Assembly (NCBI GenBank): GCA_973895155.1 | Contig: OZ316899.1 | Span: forward strand, 1,139,573-1,203,572 | DNA length: 64,000 nt | Origin: Marsupella aquatica | Lineage: Eukaryota; Plantae; Marchantiophyta | Direction of reading: 5' to 3' | Shown here: piece by piece, positions 35,690 to 49,000 of the stretch | Layout of the letters: each line of letters opens with the position of its first letter | How positions within the stretch are numbered: position 1 is the first letter of the stretch | Program-made: the position numbers and the translations under genes | The notes under the pieces: generated by a model | The model's database searches: none | Seen by the model: only the letters and a program-made list of their open reading frames with translations | What the model was told of the DNA's origin: nothing

Positions 35690-36576
35690 GTGGAAACCGT
35701 TGGCTATTGTGTGGTTTACGTTCAACCGTTGTCATGCCAAAAGATTTTGGCTCAGGAATGGCTTTTATAGGGGATGATGGGCGAAGCCTCCCGGTTGGGT
35801 TGCGTGCATGCTGACTCAGAGGGGCTGCTTGGTTGGATGGATTGAGGTTTGGTGATTGGGTGACTCGTCGTCACCAGGTTTGGTGTTTGGGTGAGTCACC
35901 AGGCTTGGAGTTTGGATGAGCCTCGCTGATGGCAGCTGGCTTAGGCTGGATGGTTGGGTTTCCGATGCTACTTAAGACTTGAACCTTGGCTCATTGAGCG
36001 GCGGTTGTCTATTGAGATCTGTTGAGTTGCGAACTATGAGTTCCGCTCCATTCTGCGGAACTCGACTGTTGTACGACGGTTTTGGAGTTCTGAGCGAGTG
36101 TTGGATCCAGGTGTGGAGTTTTTGATCCAGGCGGGGAATTTCTCGAGTTTGGAGTCTCGTTAATCCAGGCGGGGATTTCTCAAGTTTGGAGTCTCGTCGA
36201 TCCAGGCAAGGATTTCTTGAGTTTGGAGCCTCGTTGGTCCAGGCCTGAGTTCCGTGTTAGCTTTTTAGACTAGTGGAGTAGCTAGTCGAGTTTTGGTTTT
36301 GTGAGCTAAGGAGGATAGTTTTTCCGTCAAATTTTGAGTAGTTAGTCACTCAAGGAGTTCTACTCGACAAGTTAGAGGTAGCGGCCCGCCGTAGGGCCAG
36401 CTACTAGACTCTTGCGGGCAAGCTTACTCGAGGGCACCTATTGTAACCTTTGTGAGAAAAGTAAAAAATATAAAGGAGTGAGAGTTTGCTCCAAAAAGTG
36501 CTTGTCGCCTATCCCAATCACAGCCAGAAATGCGCAATTTGCCCGAGGATCCCCTAACTTTAAGTCCTCGCGACAT

Positions 36577-36593
36577 TGGCGACCATACTGGGG
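36577..36593 (+). promoter_or_regulatory. Primer binding site of element B (primer tRNA not assigned)
   Basis: TGGCGACCATACTGGGG one base after the LTR-terminal CA. Confidence 0.7.
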
Positions 36594-36616
36594 GTTCCTT
36601 GGGGCGGTTGGATGAG

Positions 36617-37648
36617 ATGAGTGACTATGACAAAGTCAATCGGATCTCGAGCATCGTCATGTCGATGATGAGAACCATAAGGAAGGAAGAGCTTGAGTCG
36701 GAAAGGGCAAACAGGGAAGCGAATAGAACTACTTGGTGTCTCCAAGAGGTTCTAAAGGAGAATGGGCAGTTCAATGGGAGAAATGTGACAAGCTACCTTA
36801 AGTCTTACTTGAGAAAACTAGCTGTCTACAAGTTGGACAAAGGGACGGCGGTGAACGAGTTCATGGTGCTGGTTGAGAAGGAGTTGAGTTCGACGGTGCG
36901 GACCATCGTTGAGTCAGCTGAGGGCTGGGATGACTTCGACCAGAAGATGAAAGAGGAGTTCCAAGCGGAGGATGTTGATTGGGTCACGCGGGCTACCTTC
37001 TTGGATTGGGTGAATGACAGGAACAAGAAGCTAAAGGGGCCGCAAGAGCTCCTAAGGGAGTTCAAGAGAAGGGTGTCTCAATTACCAAAGCGGGATGTGG
37101 GAATCATCGAGTTGCAGCGCTTGACGCTCTTCTTGAGGGCAGCCGATGAGGACCTTTGAGAGGAGCTTGAGAACGCAATCCTGGAACCTTTGAGAGTTAC
37201 CTTGTCTAACAACTCGAACCAAGTTGAGAAAGCGGTGTCAAAAGTGAGCAATCGACACCGGCGAGAGCTAGACAAGGAGGCTACCACTCTCAACCTAAGG
37301 CCATCGGAACCGATATTGAGGAAAGGGAAGCAAGAACCAGCGAAGGATGAGATCAAACCATCGGTGGATGATCTCACGGAAATGATGCAGAACCTGAAGA
37401 TCTTGGCGGCACATGCGGTCGAGAATCCAAAACCGAGGGTTGTGAGTGCTCCCGAGAGGAAGCGAGAGATGCAGAGTTGGCCATGCATGTGGTGCAAGAG
37501 TAAAGAGCATGACAAACGAGAGTGCCTGGACCTGAGGGAAGCTGCGGATAAAGGACTGATCAAGTTTGTCGGTGAAGTTGGTAAAAAAAGATATCGTTTG
37601 CTGATACTGAAGAGCCAATTCCATTCAACTCCAACAAGGGAGGCATGA
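36617..37648 (+). pseudogene. gag: Gag with CCHC zinc knuckle
   Basis: FNGRNVTSYL capsid-like start, CMWCKSKEHDKREC knuckle, and one TGA at 37157. Confidence 0.85.
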
Positions 37649-38473
37649 AGGCTTTGGCTGAGAAGCGAGTTGGGAAGCGAGTCAAAGAGGCGTCCTCTTC
37701 GCACCTGGAAGCGAATGTTTACAATGTGGAGTTGGATGGCCCCGTGATGGAAACGGACAAGTTTTACAAGCACTTGGCGGATCTGGTGCGAGAGAGATCC
37801 GGATGGAGTGACCCGGTGCTGATCAATGCGATAACGGTTGAGGTTGGGGCTAGTTGGGATGCCTCGGTTGAGTCAAAAAGGAAGAAAACCAATGAGGATG
37901 ACACTCCGTCTCAATCAGGGGAGCGAGAGAGGCGGGATACTCGAGACAAGGAAAGAAGGGTTAGGTTCGAAGAAGAGGAAATGAGCGAGAAAGAGCCAGA
38001 GAAAGGGAAACCGATCAGGAAGGACCTGGGCTGGGTGCTTGGCAAGGGTTGGACCAGGCCATGTACCCGGAGGTTGTAGCTGAGAAGTTTTGGAGCCAAC
38101 AAGCTCAAGGGTTTACCAATGCCGAGTTCTTTGGCAGTATGAGGCGGGAGATCCAGGAAGCGATCTTGGAGAGATCCAAGAGGAAACAGATTTACAAAGA
38201 GGGCCCTCACACCTTGATGGGGGAGGCTGGCGAGACGGAAATTGGGAGTTTCTGAACTTACACTACTGGGGTGTCCATGGGTTCAGGTAGTAAGCTTGCT
38301 GGCCCCAAAGAGTCAGACTTGGGGAAACCAAAGAGGGTCAAGTCCCTTGAAGAGGAGCTCATGAACTTGGGTGATGAGTTCTTCCATGCGGAAGAGGAGC
38401 TCATGGGAACCGGAAGCGAATCTGAGTCTGTGGCAAACGGGGACCCACCGCACAATCGAGGACCATTCATGTC

Positions 38474-41400
38474 ATGGGCTCAATGAAAGGAAACGGTTAT
38501 GCTTACCGAGATGGATACTGGGCTCGAGCAAGTCTGGAGAGCGAGTGCCAGTTGGAAGGAATGGAAGGCAAGGTGCGGGCGCTCATTGATACTGGCTCGG
38601 AGATCAACTTGATGGATCCAAAGGTGTTTCAAAAGGGGAATTGGCTGGTGGATAATGAGTTGCTTTGGAGTGTGAACTCGGTGAGTTCAATGAAGGACTA
38701 TCTTTGGGGCGGATGTCCGAATGTGATGGTGAAGTTCGGGAATGTCAAGCAGGCTTGTAACATTTTTGTTCATGAGCACTTGTCGTTTCCTGTGATACTG
38801 GGCATGCCGTTCATCACTGAATGGAGGATGGAGACGAAGGTTCTGGATGATACTACCTTCATGGTGAAGGTTTGGAGCAAAGATGGGAAAGAGGTGGTTC
38901 AATTTCCGGCTGTTTTACCTGGAAACGAGAGGAATAGGAAAGGGTTGAGGACTGAGAGTGCCGACTCTGGTCCAGGTCCGGAAAATGACTTGGCACTTTG
39001 CTGAAAAGAGTGGATCGGCGGAGTGCTCGTTCCTTAGCTCCTTGTGAAGGGGAAAACATGATGGATAATGGAGAGGAAGAGCCACTCAAATGTGCGGAGT
39101 CTAACTTGGGAAGGGACAAGCTGGAGAAGGAGTTGGAAAGGCAGTACTCGTCTATGGCCGTGCTTGTATACTCGAGTACCAAATACAAGACGGTCGACAA
39201 GAAGGTGAGGTCGACGGCGATACCTTTGCCGGATGATGCGATGGAGGTTATGGATCAAGCGAGTTGGAACGAAGGCTGAGGCCAACTGATCGGATAGGGC
39301 ATAAGTTTACTCAAGAGAGTTTGGCAAAGCTTAAAATTGGTTCGGATGGGTTACTTACGGAGGTGGAGCAAGTGGCATTTTGAAAGATGATAATGGAGCA
39401 TGGCAAGGCATTCTTGTTTTCGATTGAGGAGACTGGTTGTGCGGATCCAAGTAAGGTGACACTGATGGTCATCTTTACTGTCCCTCATGTTCCGTGGGAT
39501 CTGAAACCGATTTTGGTTCCGCGGGCTTTAGCTCCAAAGCTTGCGAAACTGCTTAAGGAGAAGCTGAGTGCTAGGATTCTCGAGAGGTCTGATGTTCCCT
39601 ACTCAAACAGATAGTTTACAGTGAGAAAGAAGAATGGAAGCTTGAGGTTCATTCAGGATATGCAACCTCCGAACAAGGTGACCATCAGGAATGTGGGAGT
39701 TGGGCCACTCGTGGATGAGTTTGCGGAGGAGTTCGCTGGGAGGGCGATCTACTCCATGGGTGATTTGTTTTTGGGTTACGACCAGTTCTAATTGGCGCAA
39801 GAGAGCCGGGACATTACGACTATGAGGACCCCGCTGGGCCTCTTGAGGATGTGCACTCTTCCTCAAGGGGCGACAAACTCAGTAGCGCACATGCAAAATG
39901 CAATGAGTAAAATCTTGGAGCCGTTCAGTCCGGAAAAAGCGAGACCGTTCATTGATGATGTCCTGATAAAGGGGTGCTTGGCTGAAGGGAAGGATGAGAC
40001 CTTGAGGAGTGATGGGATCTGGCAGTTTGTGTGGGATCACATTGTTGATGTTAAGGCGGTTCTCGAGAAGCTGATTGATGTGGGAGTCACTCTTTTGGGG
40101 GAGAAGTCTGAATTCGGGATGAAAGAGGTGAAAGTCGTTGGGCAAATGTGCGGATCTTATGGAAGGAAGCTGAACATGGATAAGGTGAGAGCTATTAGCG
40201 AGATGAAGGATTGCGAATTGGTGCCGGAAGTTTGGAGGTTTCTGGGTGCTTGTGTCCTTTACAAGATCTGGATCCCTCACTTCTCGCACCTGGCAGACCC
40301 GCTCTATGAGCTGTTGAGGAAAAAGGTTAAGTGGAGAGCGCTCTCATGAGCCCGCCAGTTCTCCAAGCTGCGGACTATGAGAGCGGGCAACCACTGATCA
40401 TGACTGTTGATGCGAGTCCGTTGGCAGCCGGGTGGGCTGTTGGGCAAGATGACGAGAATGGGGAAAGGTATGCGATCATATTTGGGGGAAAAAAATTTAC
40501 GGAAAGGCAAAGGAGATATGCCCAAGTTAAGAGGGAGCTTTGGGGTGCTAAAGTGGCACTCCATCAGGAGAGAAACTATTTGATTGGGGCACCGGTGGTG
40601 GTTGAGACTGATTGCCAATTGCTGTTGGGGATGATTGCAAATTGTGACACGCTTGACATAGCGATGCTCAGGTGGATCGCTTTCATTCGGATGTTCAACC
40701 CTGAGCTAAGTCACATTGCAGGAAAGGATAATCCGATTGCCGACATGCTGTCAAGGGCAAGATTCAGAAATGAGGTAGCAACAAGAGTTGGCGAGGTGAC
40801 CGGAACCAAAAGTGTTGGAAGTCTAGAGTTCAATGAAGAACTCTACTCGGGAGAGTTGTTGGATATTGGGCTTACATTAGCACTTTGGAGAAGCAACCAG
40901 AGTGGAGTTACCAAGAGTTTGTCAAGATCCGAAAGAGATCTTACAAGTTCTTATTGAGGGAGGGCTACTTGTGGTGAAGGCATAAGGACCCAAGTCAGTT
41001 GTTGCAAAGGGTTGTGGGTACTAAGGATGAGAAAGACCAAATTCTCAAAGAGTGCCATGATGCTGACATGGCTGGGCACAAAGGGGTGCATTCGACTTAC
41101 GAGAGGGTTTGGAAGCTGTACTGGTGGCCAGGTTTATACTTGGCCGTTTGAGACTATGTCGAGACTTGCGAGATTTGCCAGTTTTACTCGAGGATCCGAC
41201 ATAGGGATGGATTGGTTCCGACTTACCCTGTGGCTCTACACTTTCAATGGACTGTTGATGTGGTGTACATGCCAAGAGAGAGCAATGGGGCGAGATACTT
41301 GGTTTTGGCGAGAGAAGACTTGTCTTCTTATGTGGAAGGGAGAGCGTTGGTTTCGAACACTACTGTTGCCGTTTGCCAATTCATACTTGAGGATATCATT

Positions 41401-42138
41401 GCAAGGCATGGGTGCTTTACAAGGATCAGAGCTGATAGGGGGGAGCTCAGCTCCAAGGAAGCGCAAGAGTTTTTCGACCAATACCGCATCAAACTGAAGC
41501 TAACTTCGAGTTACAATCCGGAAGGCAATGGGAAATCTGAAAGGGGGCACATCCAGATTGTGGGCGCTTTGGCTAAGGCTTGTGATGGGGACATGGGAAG
41601 GTGGTCAAGTCTCCTTCCACTTGCTCTGTTAGCGGATCGGATGACTTATAGCTCAGTGACCGGATACGTTCCGGCTGAGCTACTTACTGGGCACTTGCCG
41701 ATGATGCCACTCGAGGAAGATGTTTGCAGCTGGCAACTGATTGGATGGAAAGATGAAGTTTCAAGAGAGGAGTTGTTGGCTTAAAGGATCGAACACTTCA
41801 ACTTGTTACCCGCGAAGATTGAGGTGGCTCGGAAGCAATTGAAGATGGCGAGGTTAAGGAACAAGGGTAGGTTTGACAGGACTCATCGGTTGAGGCCTGT
41901 CTTGGTTAAGGAAGGGGATTGGGTTCTGGTTTATGAAAGTAGGTTGGACGAGCAACACTTGAGCCAAAACAAGTTTGCTCGAAGGTGGCAAGGTCCGTAT
42001 GTGGTGGTTGCTGTTCATGCGAATGCGACCTACACTATTCGGGAGTTGGATGGAACAGTTCACCAAGTACCTTATGCAGGGAAAAGGGTGAAGATCTTCA
42101 AGAGGAGGACCGAGAAGGGGAATGGACTCAAGTTTTGA
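38474..42138 (+). pseudogene. pol: Pol: aspartic protease, RT, RNase H, integrase (stops and frameshifts)
   Basis: ALIDTGSE; LPQGATNSVAHMQ...FIDD; TVDASPLAAG...ETDC; HDADMAGH...CEIC; WTVDVVYMP...DRGE...PEGNGKSE; WQGPY. Confidence 0.93.
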
Positions 42139-43487
42139 CTTGAGTGAATTTGAAGATGAGGCACTGGTCCAGGCGCATCCGTTGGACTTGCGTTTTGAAA
42201 GTGGCTTGACTGGTTCTGATTCGGATGAGTTGGACTTTGAGTTTTTGGAAAGTGGAGTGCCTAAGGCCGAGTCTGAAGGCTTTGGGTTTGAGTTTCTTGA
42301 GGAGGAAGTGGTCCAGGCGCATGGCTCGAGTTTGGACTCAGACTTAGAGGAAATCTGATGGATTGGAGCAGACCGGAGGCTGCTCAGGTTTATTGGGGGA
42401 GGATGTTGTGCCGAAAGATTTCAGCTCAAGAATGGCTTTTATAGGGGATGATGGGCAAAGCCTCCCGGTTGGGTTGCGTGCATGCTGACTCGGAGGGGCT
42501 GCTTGGTTGGATGGATTGAGGTTTGGTGATTGGGTGACTTGTCGTCACCAGGTTTGGTGTTTGGGTGAGTCCCCAAGCTTGGAGTTTGGATGAGCCTCAC
42601 TGATGGCAGCTGGCTCAGGCTGGATGGTTGGGTTTCCAATGCTACTTAAGACTTGAGCCTCGGCTCATTGAGCGGCGGTTGTCTATTGAGATCTGTTGAG
42701 TTGTGGACTGTGAGTTTCGCTCCGTTCTGCGGAACTCGATTGTTGTGCGGCGGTTTTGGAGTTCTGAGTGAGTGTTGGATCCAGGTGTGGAGTTCTTTTA
42801 TCCAGACGGGGAATTTCTCGAGTTTGAGTCTCGTTGATCCAGACGGGGATTTCTCAAGTTTGGAGTCTTTTCGATCCAGGCAAGGATTTCTCGAGTTTGG
42901 AGCCTCGTTGGTCCAGGCCCGAGTTCCGTGTTAGCTTTTTAGACTAGTGGAGTAGCTAGTCGAGTTTTGGTTTTGTGAGCTAAGGAGGATAGTTTTTTTG
43001 TCAGATTTTGAGTAGTTAGTCACTCGAGTAGTTCTACTCGACAAGTTAGAGGTAGCGACCCGCCGTAGGGCCAGCTACCAGACTCTTGCGGGCAAGCTTA
43101 CTCGAGGGCACCTATTGTAACCTTTGTGAGAAAAGTAAAAAATATAAAGGAGTGAGAGTTTGCTCCGTGTGACGCCGATGACATGGTCCTTATTCTTTAA
43201 TCTGATTAACTAGGTTGCTGTATGCAAGGAGTAGCTATTGATATTGCATAACAATTAGCAAGATGGCAAGAAGAAGGGCAATCATGGCATTAATAGTAGG
43301 GAAATACAAGCTATGTCGCGGGTGGTCGGCCACCATATCTCTTTCAATATGTCACCAAATCCGGATCTGTAACAAGCATTGGAAAGATCTGGTCAAGGCG
43401 AGTAAAATCGATATAAAACACTCTCAAAATGGAGGTGTATTAGGAAAGATATGATCTTATTAGTGTGACGGGTTAGTGTGTAACCCG

Positions 43488-43875
43488 GGATAGCGGATAC
43501 GGATAGAGGTTAGCGGACACGGATAGCAGATACGGATAAAGGTTAGCGGACACGGATAGCGGATATGGATAGAGGTTAGCGGACATGGATAGCGGATACG
43601 GATAGAGGTTAGCGGACACGGATAACGGATAGTGAATAGAGGTTAGCGGATTCAGATACCGGATAGTGGCTAGTGGCTAGCGGATTTAGATTGGGGTTAG
43701 ACTAAACCCGGGACAACGGATAGCGGACAACGAACACAGACAACGGACACGGATAGTAGACAGCATGCACAGATAGCGGACACAGACAACGGACACGGAC
43801 AACTGACACGGACAACGGACACGGATAGCGGACACGGACAACGGACATAGATAGCGGACAACGGACATGGATAGC
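43488..43875. repeat. Minisatellite in D: 33-bp GGATAGCGGATACGGATAGAGGTTAGCGGACAC units, then 6-7-bp GGACAC/GGATAGC/GGACAAC units
   Basis: Tandem units visible at 43488-43650 and 43715-43875. Confidence 0.9.
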
Positions 43876-45330
43876 GGCTTAGCCCGAGGCCATGGGTTAA
43901 CTCTTCTAAGGTTAGATAGGATAGCTAGGCTAGCCAAACTCGGATTAGCTAGGTAACTCGGGTTAGCGTAGCAATGAGTACCCCCTCTCGGTTGTGGGGG
44001 CATAACTTTCTGTGTATTTGGCCAAATCAGCTATAATTGACCTCGTTGGAAAGAGGAGCTCAAGCCGCTTCCAACGTTGCTATCCACACAACAAATGGTT
44101 GAATAGAGAAATCGGGAGAGGAGGCGCAAGCTCGCAAAAACCATGGAGGAGGGCCAAATCCGAAGTACATAGCCAATTCGAGATAGAAATAAAGTTACGA
44201 GTTAGGGTTCAGTAGTTAGAGATTGTGGCGGCTCTGTTAGGGCTGGGATGGGGCTCCAGCAACGTAGTATCCACCCATTTGGGCTCAGTATGAGAGTATA
44301 TAGAGCAGCCCCCCGGTAGAGGCAAGGGGGGGGGGGGACTTCAGTTGTGTGATCTCACTTAGACTGAGCAGCAGGCAGGAGCTCTGTGCAAGCAAGGCTG
44401 GACTTGGACGCTGCGTGTTGGGGAGAGCTTGGTTGTGCTATTACTCAGGGAGTAATCAGCCAAGCTTCACAGCTGCAACGGGTTGCTAGGTTTGCGAGCT
44501 GGATTGTGGCTCTTTCTAGTGGGCAGCACAATTGGGTTCTTTTCCCCCGATACAGAGCCTTGGTGATAGGTGATGTATTGGTGATTGTAAACTGTGGGGA
44601 GGATGTCAATTTGATTTGTGGTGAGCACATTAGGGAGGCTGAGATACTGATTGAGGGGCAGCAGAAGGAGCATTTACAGTTTGGTCTGGCAAGGCTACAT
44701 GATCCATGGGGAGTCCCGGCCTTTGTTTGGTAGAGAGCACTAAGGGATTTATGGCCAGAGTTGAGCTTGCAAGGCAAGCATGAGGCCGGGCCTCATTGCA
44801 GTCTGGGGTAGATCGCCGTTAGGCCTGGTACCAGCTTTGAAGTTGAGTCAACTATGCATGCATAACTTGACATTCTGAATTGGAGGTGTGAGATCTGTAT
44901 GTGCCCCCAAGAATGAAGTGCAGTGAAGGAGGTTGAGTTCAGGATTGAGTTTGCAAGGCAAGTACGGGATTGGTTTGAGTCCAATCTGCCGTCGCAATCT
45001 GGAGTGAGCCCGGCTCAGGTTCAGGATTGAGCTTGCATGGCAAGCATGGAGCTTGCGGGGCAAGCACGTCACAAGCTGGAGGAGACAGCCTTCGGCCCTA
45101 GTGTTCGGATCAAGTGTTCTCAGTGAACTATTGTGCACATCTTTGAATCTAATTGAGTTTTCCTCTCAGGCCTCATTTCTCTCATGGATGTGTGTGTGTG
45201 TGAGGCAATCTGAGTGTATGATGGGACTAGCAGCGCCACTAAGAGGTGTACAGGGTGCATTGAAGCGGGCTGGGTGAGGATTGTCATAGCTCTGATTGCT
45301 GAGAGTGGAATGGCAGAGTGGTGGGGCAAT

Positions 45331-45413
45331 GGCTTAGAAGTCCCTAAGCCGGGAATCAGTCAGGAGTCACTGGTTTATGGGTACATTCCGGCGGCGGAAT
45401 AGAAACATACCTA
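45331..45413 (+). other. Conserved stem-loop module (copy in D)
   Basis: GGCTTAG..CTAAGCC; AATCAGT..ACTGGTT; ATTCCG-GCGG-CGGAAT inside a GGGTA/TACCT stem. Confidence 0.7.
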
Positions 45414-46363
45414 TGACAGTAAGCATATGTATAGACATATGCGCACCGTAGCGCTAGGCCCTGTGTGTACGGGCCCGATATGAAGACCCCTTCTCACCAG
45501 AACTATCAGGAGCGCAGATCTGATCCCCAACCTTGGTTCCTTGGGATTGAGCTTGGGTGATGTGTGACGGAGTCTTGTTATGATAGTTTGGTGTTAAGGG
45601 CATAAATTGGTGTTTACCGGCCTTCACAACATCCCTTCGTGATCCTCAGGTACAAGGAGATGGTTTTGGCACCCATAGTGACGTTTTTGGTGTTAAGACC
45701 CATGTCAATCGCGTGACACTCTGAAAAGTGCTTGTCGCCTGTCCCAATTGCAGCCAGAAACGCGCAGTTTGCCCGAGGAGCCCCTAACTTTAAGTCCTCG
45801 CGACACCGTGCTTTCTTTTCTTTGTAGTTATCCAACGGCATTATCAGATAGACATTTTTTAGAATGAGTACGTTACATGTTTTTAATGTGGAGTGTTGTG
45901 ACGCCGCCGGTATGGCGGTTAATGAGTGATTCGGTCTAATTGCGCTCGGCACGCGCGTTAGGAGTGTCTTAGACCGCTATTATTAGCATAACGACAGTAT
46001 TTAGGTAATCATTATGGGTAGGATATCATTAGGCAATAAGGGGGAATTCAGGTTCGGATTGGCGGCTGGTCGCTATTCGCACACCCGGGTTACGAGCGTG
46101 GAGGGGCCCCTCCCTCGGGTCCGTATAACGAACTTAAGGAAGCGGCCACTGACACGCGCTGACTCAGACCGGCGGAGTGGCCGGCACACCACAAGCGTGA
46201 ACAGTTCAGCTTATGGGCGTCGAGGAGACGTCGGGGGATCAACAAGCGCTCAAGGTATAAAAGGGGAGCCAACCCTTTGTAGTGCACCAGTCCATCAGTC
46301 CACGCGCCAGCTTCGACCCCAGCTCTCTCGTTCGCTCTAAGTCGCCACTACTATCTCCTTTGA

Positions 46364-49000
46364 ATGTCGCACACGATCCTCTCCAGCTCGGCCATTCGAT
46401 TCTGGACGCAGTTCCTATCTACCGGAAGACACTTGGCCGACTCATTGAAACACGCCAACCCGCGCCGATACGAAATCGAACGCGAGTACGAGAGAGCCAT
46501 CCGCCTAGCAGGACGACACCACTACATCCTTAACTTTGACTACCCGTCTCAGAGTGAGCTTTATTGACCAGCAGAGGTATCCGGGTACTTCTTCAACGGA
46601 GACAAATATATCGGGTTCTGGGAAGCATTGCTTCGGCTTCCGGACGAGGTCTTCAATATCCCGGGTACGATCGACTTGCAGCGACATCACTTCGACCACA
46701 TCCCTGCTCAGGTTCGGGCTATCATCAATAGCGAGTCCAGCACTACCCGTTCGACAAGGTCGTCTGCCCTCGCTTCGGAGAACTTCTACCAACACCTACA
46801 GAGCTTCATAGGAGCTCGGCCAACAACCAACATGACCAACTCAATTGTACCCGTACCCGTACCCGTACAACCTCAGGCTCAGCTTCAGCTTCAGCCTCAG
46901 CCGCAGCCTAGCCAAACCCCACCACCGATCGCCCAGCCAGCACAAGTACGCTCCGTCATCAACGCTGTGGATCTTAGCGATGACGACGAGGCTACCCTAC
47001 CCTTGACCAGGCGGCCCAGAGGAACAAGCGCTCAGGGGGCCGATACTATATCGTCCCCACCCCCTGCTCTGACCCCAGGAGCGGCCCTGACAGACAACAT
47101 GGTGACCGTGGCCGACCCGGGCCCGTTACTAACGGCAGTAGCACTACCCAGGCCCGATCAGGAGGATGGGGAGGTGTCACCTTCCCCAAGCCAGTCACGG
47201 GGAAAGAAGAGGAAGGAATCCGCCACTGCATCCGGGTTACCATTGGCCACGGTAGCCGTGGCCAAGGTGACGATGCACCGCATGGGGGAAAACGTTCACA
47301 AAAATATCCTCCATCCCAAGCATGCGGTGTACCTGAAGACTCAGGGATTCGAGCACCTCGCCTCCCTCCCCTGGAACGCTTGCAGGTACTACGGGGAGGA
47401 CATGACGGAGTTCGTCAGGAATTATGACGACGCGCGTCAACATACTCGGCTACGGGGAAGGAGCATGTCCCTCACGGAAGAACGGCTCAGGATGATCTTC
47501 GGGTTACCCGAAGGTGACCATCGAGTCGAATCACGGGCTCCCGGGGGCAAGGGAGCCAAGTACCAATCTTCAAGTTTTCCCTCAGAGGGAGCAGTGGACA
47601 ACGGGTTCGTGATGAAAACCTGCCTCATCCCCGAGATAGCTGAGCGACTGGAGTTCTAGAGGTACGGCCTCCACATGATGGAACCCCGGGGGGAGATCTC
47701 CGCCGCCCAGGTTATCCAGGTCGAGAACTATCGACCTAGGAGGTGGGCGTCGTACTTCGCTAAGAAATTCCATGAAGAGACGGAGCGGCGAAGGAAGACG
47801 CTATACATTGGCGGGAAGGCGTATTTTGCTAGCCACATCGAGATCATTCTTGAGTGGTACGCCCGGTTTGATCGACGAACCCTTCCCCGTGTCAACGTTA
47901 CAAAGCTGGTCCCAGCTAGGTGGGTTTTCCCGGCCTTGGAGAGACGGCCCCAGCCCGAGGCCCGAAGTCCAGCGGACACGCCAGCTTCACTCACCCCACC
48001 TCCACAAGTAGCTGTAGTCGTAACCGAGGAGGTACCGGATGGGTCGGGTGTCGCAACCGTTGATGCGACCCAACAGGCCGGGTTAAGTACAGAAGTCGGT
48101 ACGGCGGAGGTCTTACCCGAGCCCGGTTCTCCCAAAGACCCACCGGTGGCTATTCCGGAGAACCGGACATTGCTACAGGAGGACGCTCCAGCCCCTTCCA
48201 ACGTTACGTCCCCAGGGCTGGACGTCACTGCCCCGGCCCCCGCGCGTGTGGACGTCTGCCCGTGCCCAACTCCGGACAGGCACAACCTGGACCACCCGGA
48301 ACTCTTCGTACTGGGTACATTTCTGAACGGGCTTTTGGGAGATTTCTCTCATCAAATTGCCCGGGATACCGGGGAGTTCATGGCCCGGAAGGTAGCCTGT
48401 TTCTTCAATCAGGAGTTGGTTGCCGCAGTAAAGGCAGGTCGGGCCCAGTCAGAGGCCCTTCAGAGGATAGAGCGGTACCGGGTGGAGTCCGTGTACCTAA
48501 AGAACAAAGTTGCGGCTCAAGAGGCTGAGCTTCGGCAACTATGACCCAAGGTTGCAGCCGCCGATGAGTTGTTAGCAAAGGCGCATGCTCTTATCGCCCT
48601 AGCCGAACAGGCCAAAGCTGGGAACGAAGCCGAGATTACACGACTCCGGAACCAGATTGACAATTTGAAGAATCAAACTGTCACCTGGCAGAAAGACCTG
48701 GAGGAGGCCGAGGAATGGGCCCAGCGGGACACGACGGAGATAGCCACGCTGCAGGCCGAGGTGGCGCGGCTCCAAACCGAGGCCGAGAAGCAGGACCAGC
48801 TGGCGGGTAAACTGACAAGTGACGCCCAGCAGTTGGAGGAGGCTTGTCAGGAGGCAACGGAGGAGACGGACGCGGCGAGGCGAGAGAACGAATCTCTGCT
48901 GGACCAGGTCCAGCTCCTCAAGGCGGACAATGACAGGCTTCGAAGGCAGCGGGATGGCCGCTCCCATTCAGGTGGCTCTGGCAAGCGTGCCAGGCATTAG
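46364..49000 (+). pseudogene. LTR-encoded PMD/Transposase_32-like plus coiled-coil protein (~880 codons)
   Basis: A single frame broken only by TGA 46565, TAG 47657 and TGA 48542. YLKTQGFEHLASLPW...MIFGLPEG...NGFVMKTC...RRWASYF, then heptads. TATA-like TATAAAA near 46256. Confidence 0.72.

Larger units (their letters stand above)
43168..45718 (+). mobile_element. Solo LTR D (2,551 bp) inserted in the 3' LTR of B
   Basis: TGTGACGCCG...GCGTGACA with TSD CTCCG/CTCTG (CTCCA at the equivalent site in the 5' LTR). Termini and 3' region resemble E. Confidence 0.9.
35730..45805 (+). mobile_element. Element B: full-length decayed Ty3/Gypsy LTR retrotransposon
   Basis: 846-bp LTRs (35730-36575; 42404-43167 plus 45724-45805), TG..CA ends, CCGT duplicated at both flanks, PBS and PPT (GGGGGAGGA before 42404). 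Order PR-RT-RH-IN. Confidence 0.95.

Noticed and set aside
35478-35777. NAC-domain-like LPIGFRF ORF
   Set aside because: The following NAC motifs are absent, and the overlapping frame carries a coherent SWIM finger.
42122-42358. Acidic ORF after the integrase of B as an env-like gene
   Set aside because: It is built from short internal duplications and is only 78 aa, with no transmembrane segment.
45331-45413. Hammerhead or pistol ribozyme in the LTR stem-loop module
   Set aside because: GAAAC follows a stem only in D and there is no CUGANGA on either strand. The resemblance to pistol P2 lacks the short linker and pseudoknot geometry. Kept only as an unclassified structure.
23373-45843. Stand-alone TIR transposon defined by the 23-bp inverted match
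   Set aside because: No convincing TSD, and the match is part of the larger inverted repeat units.
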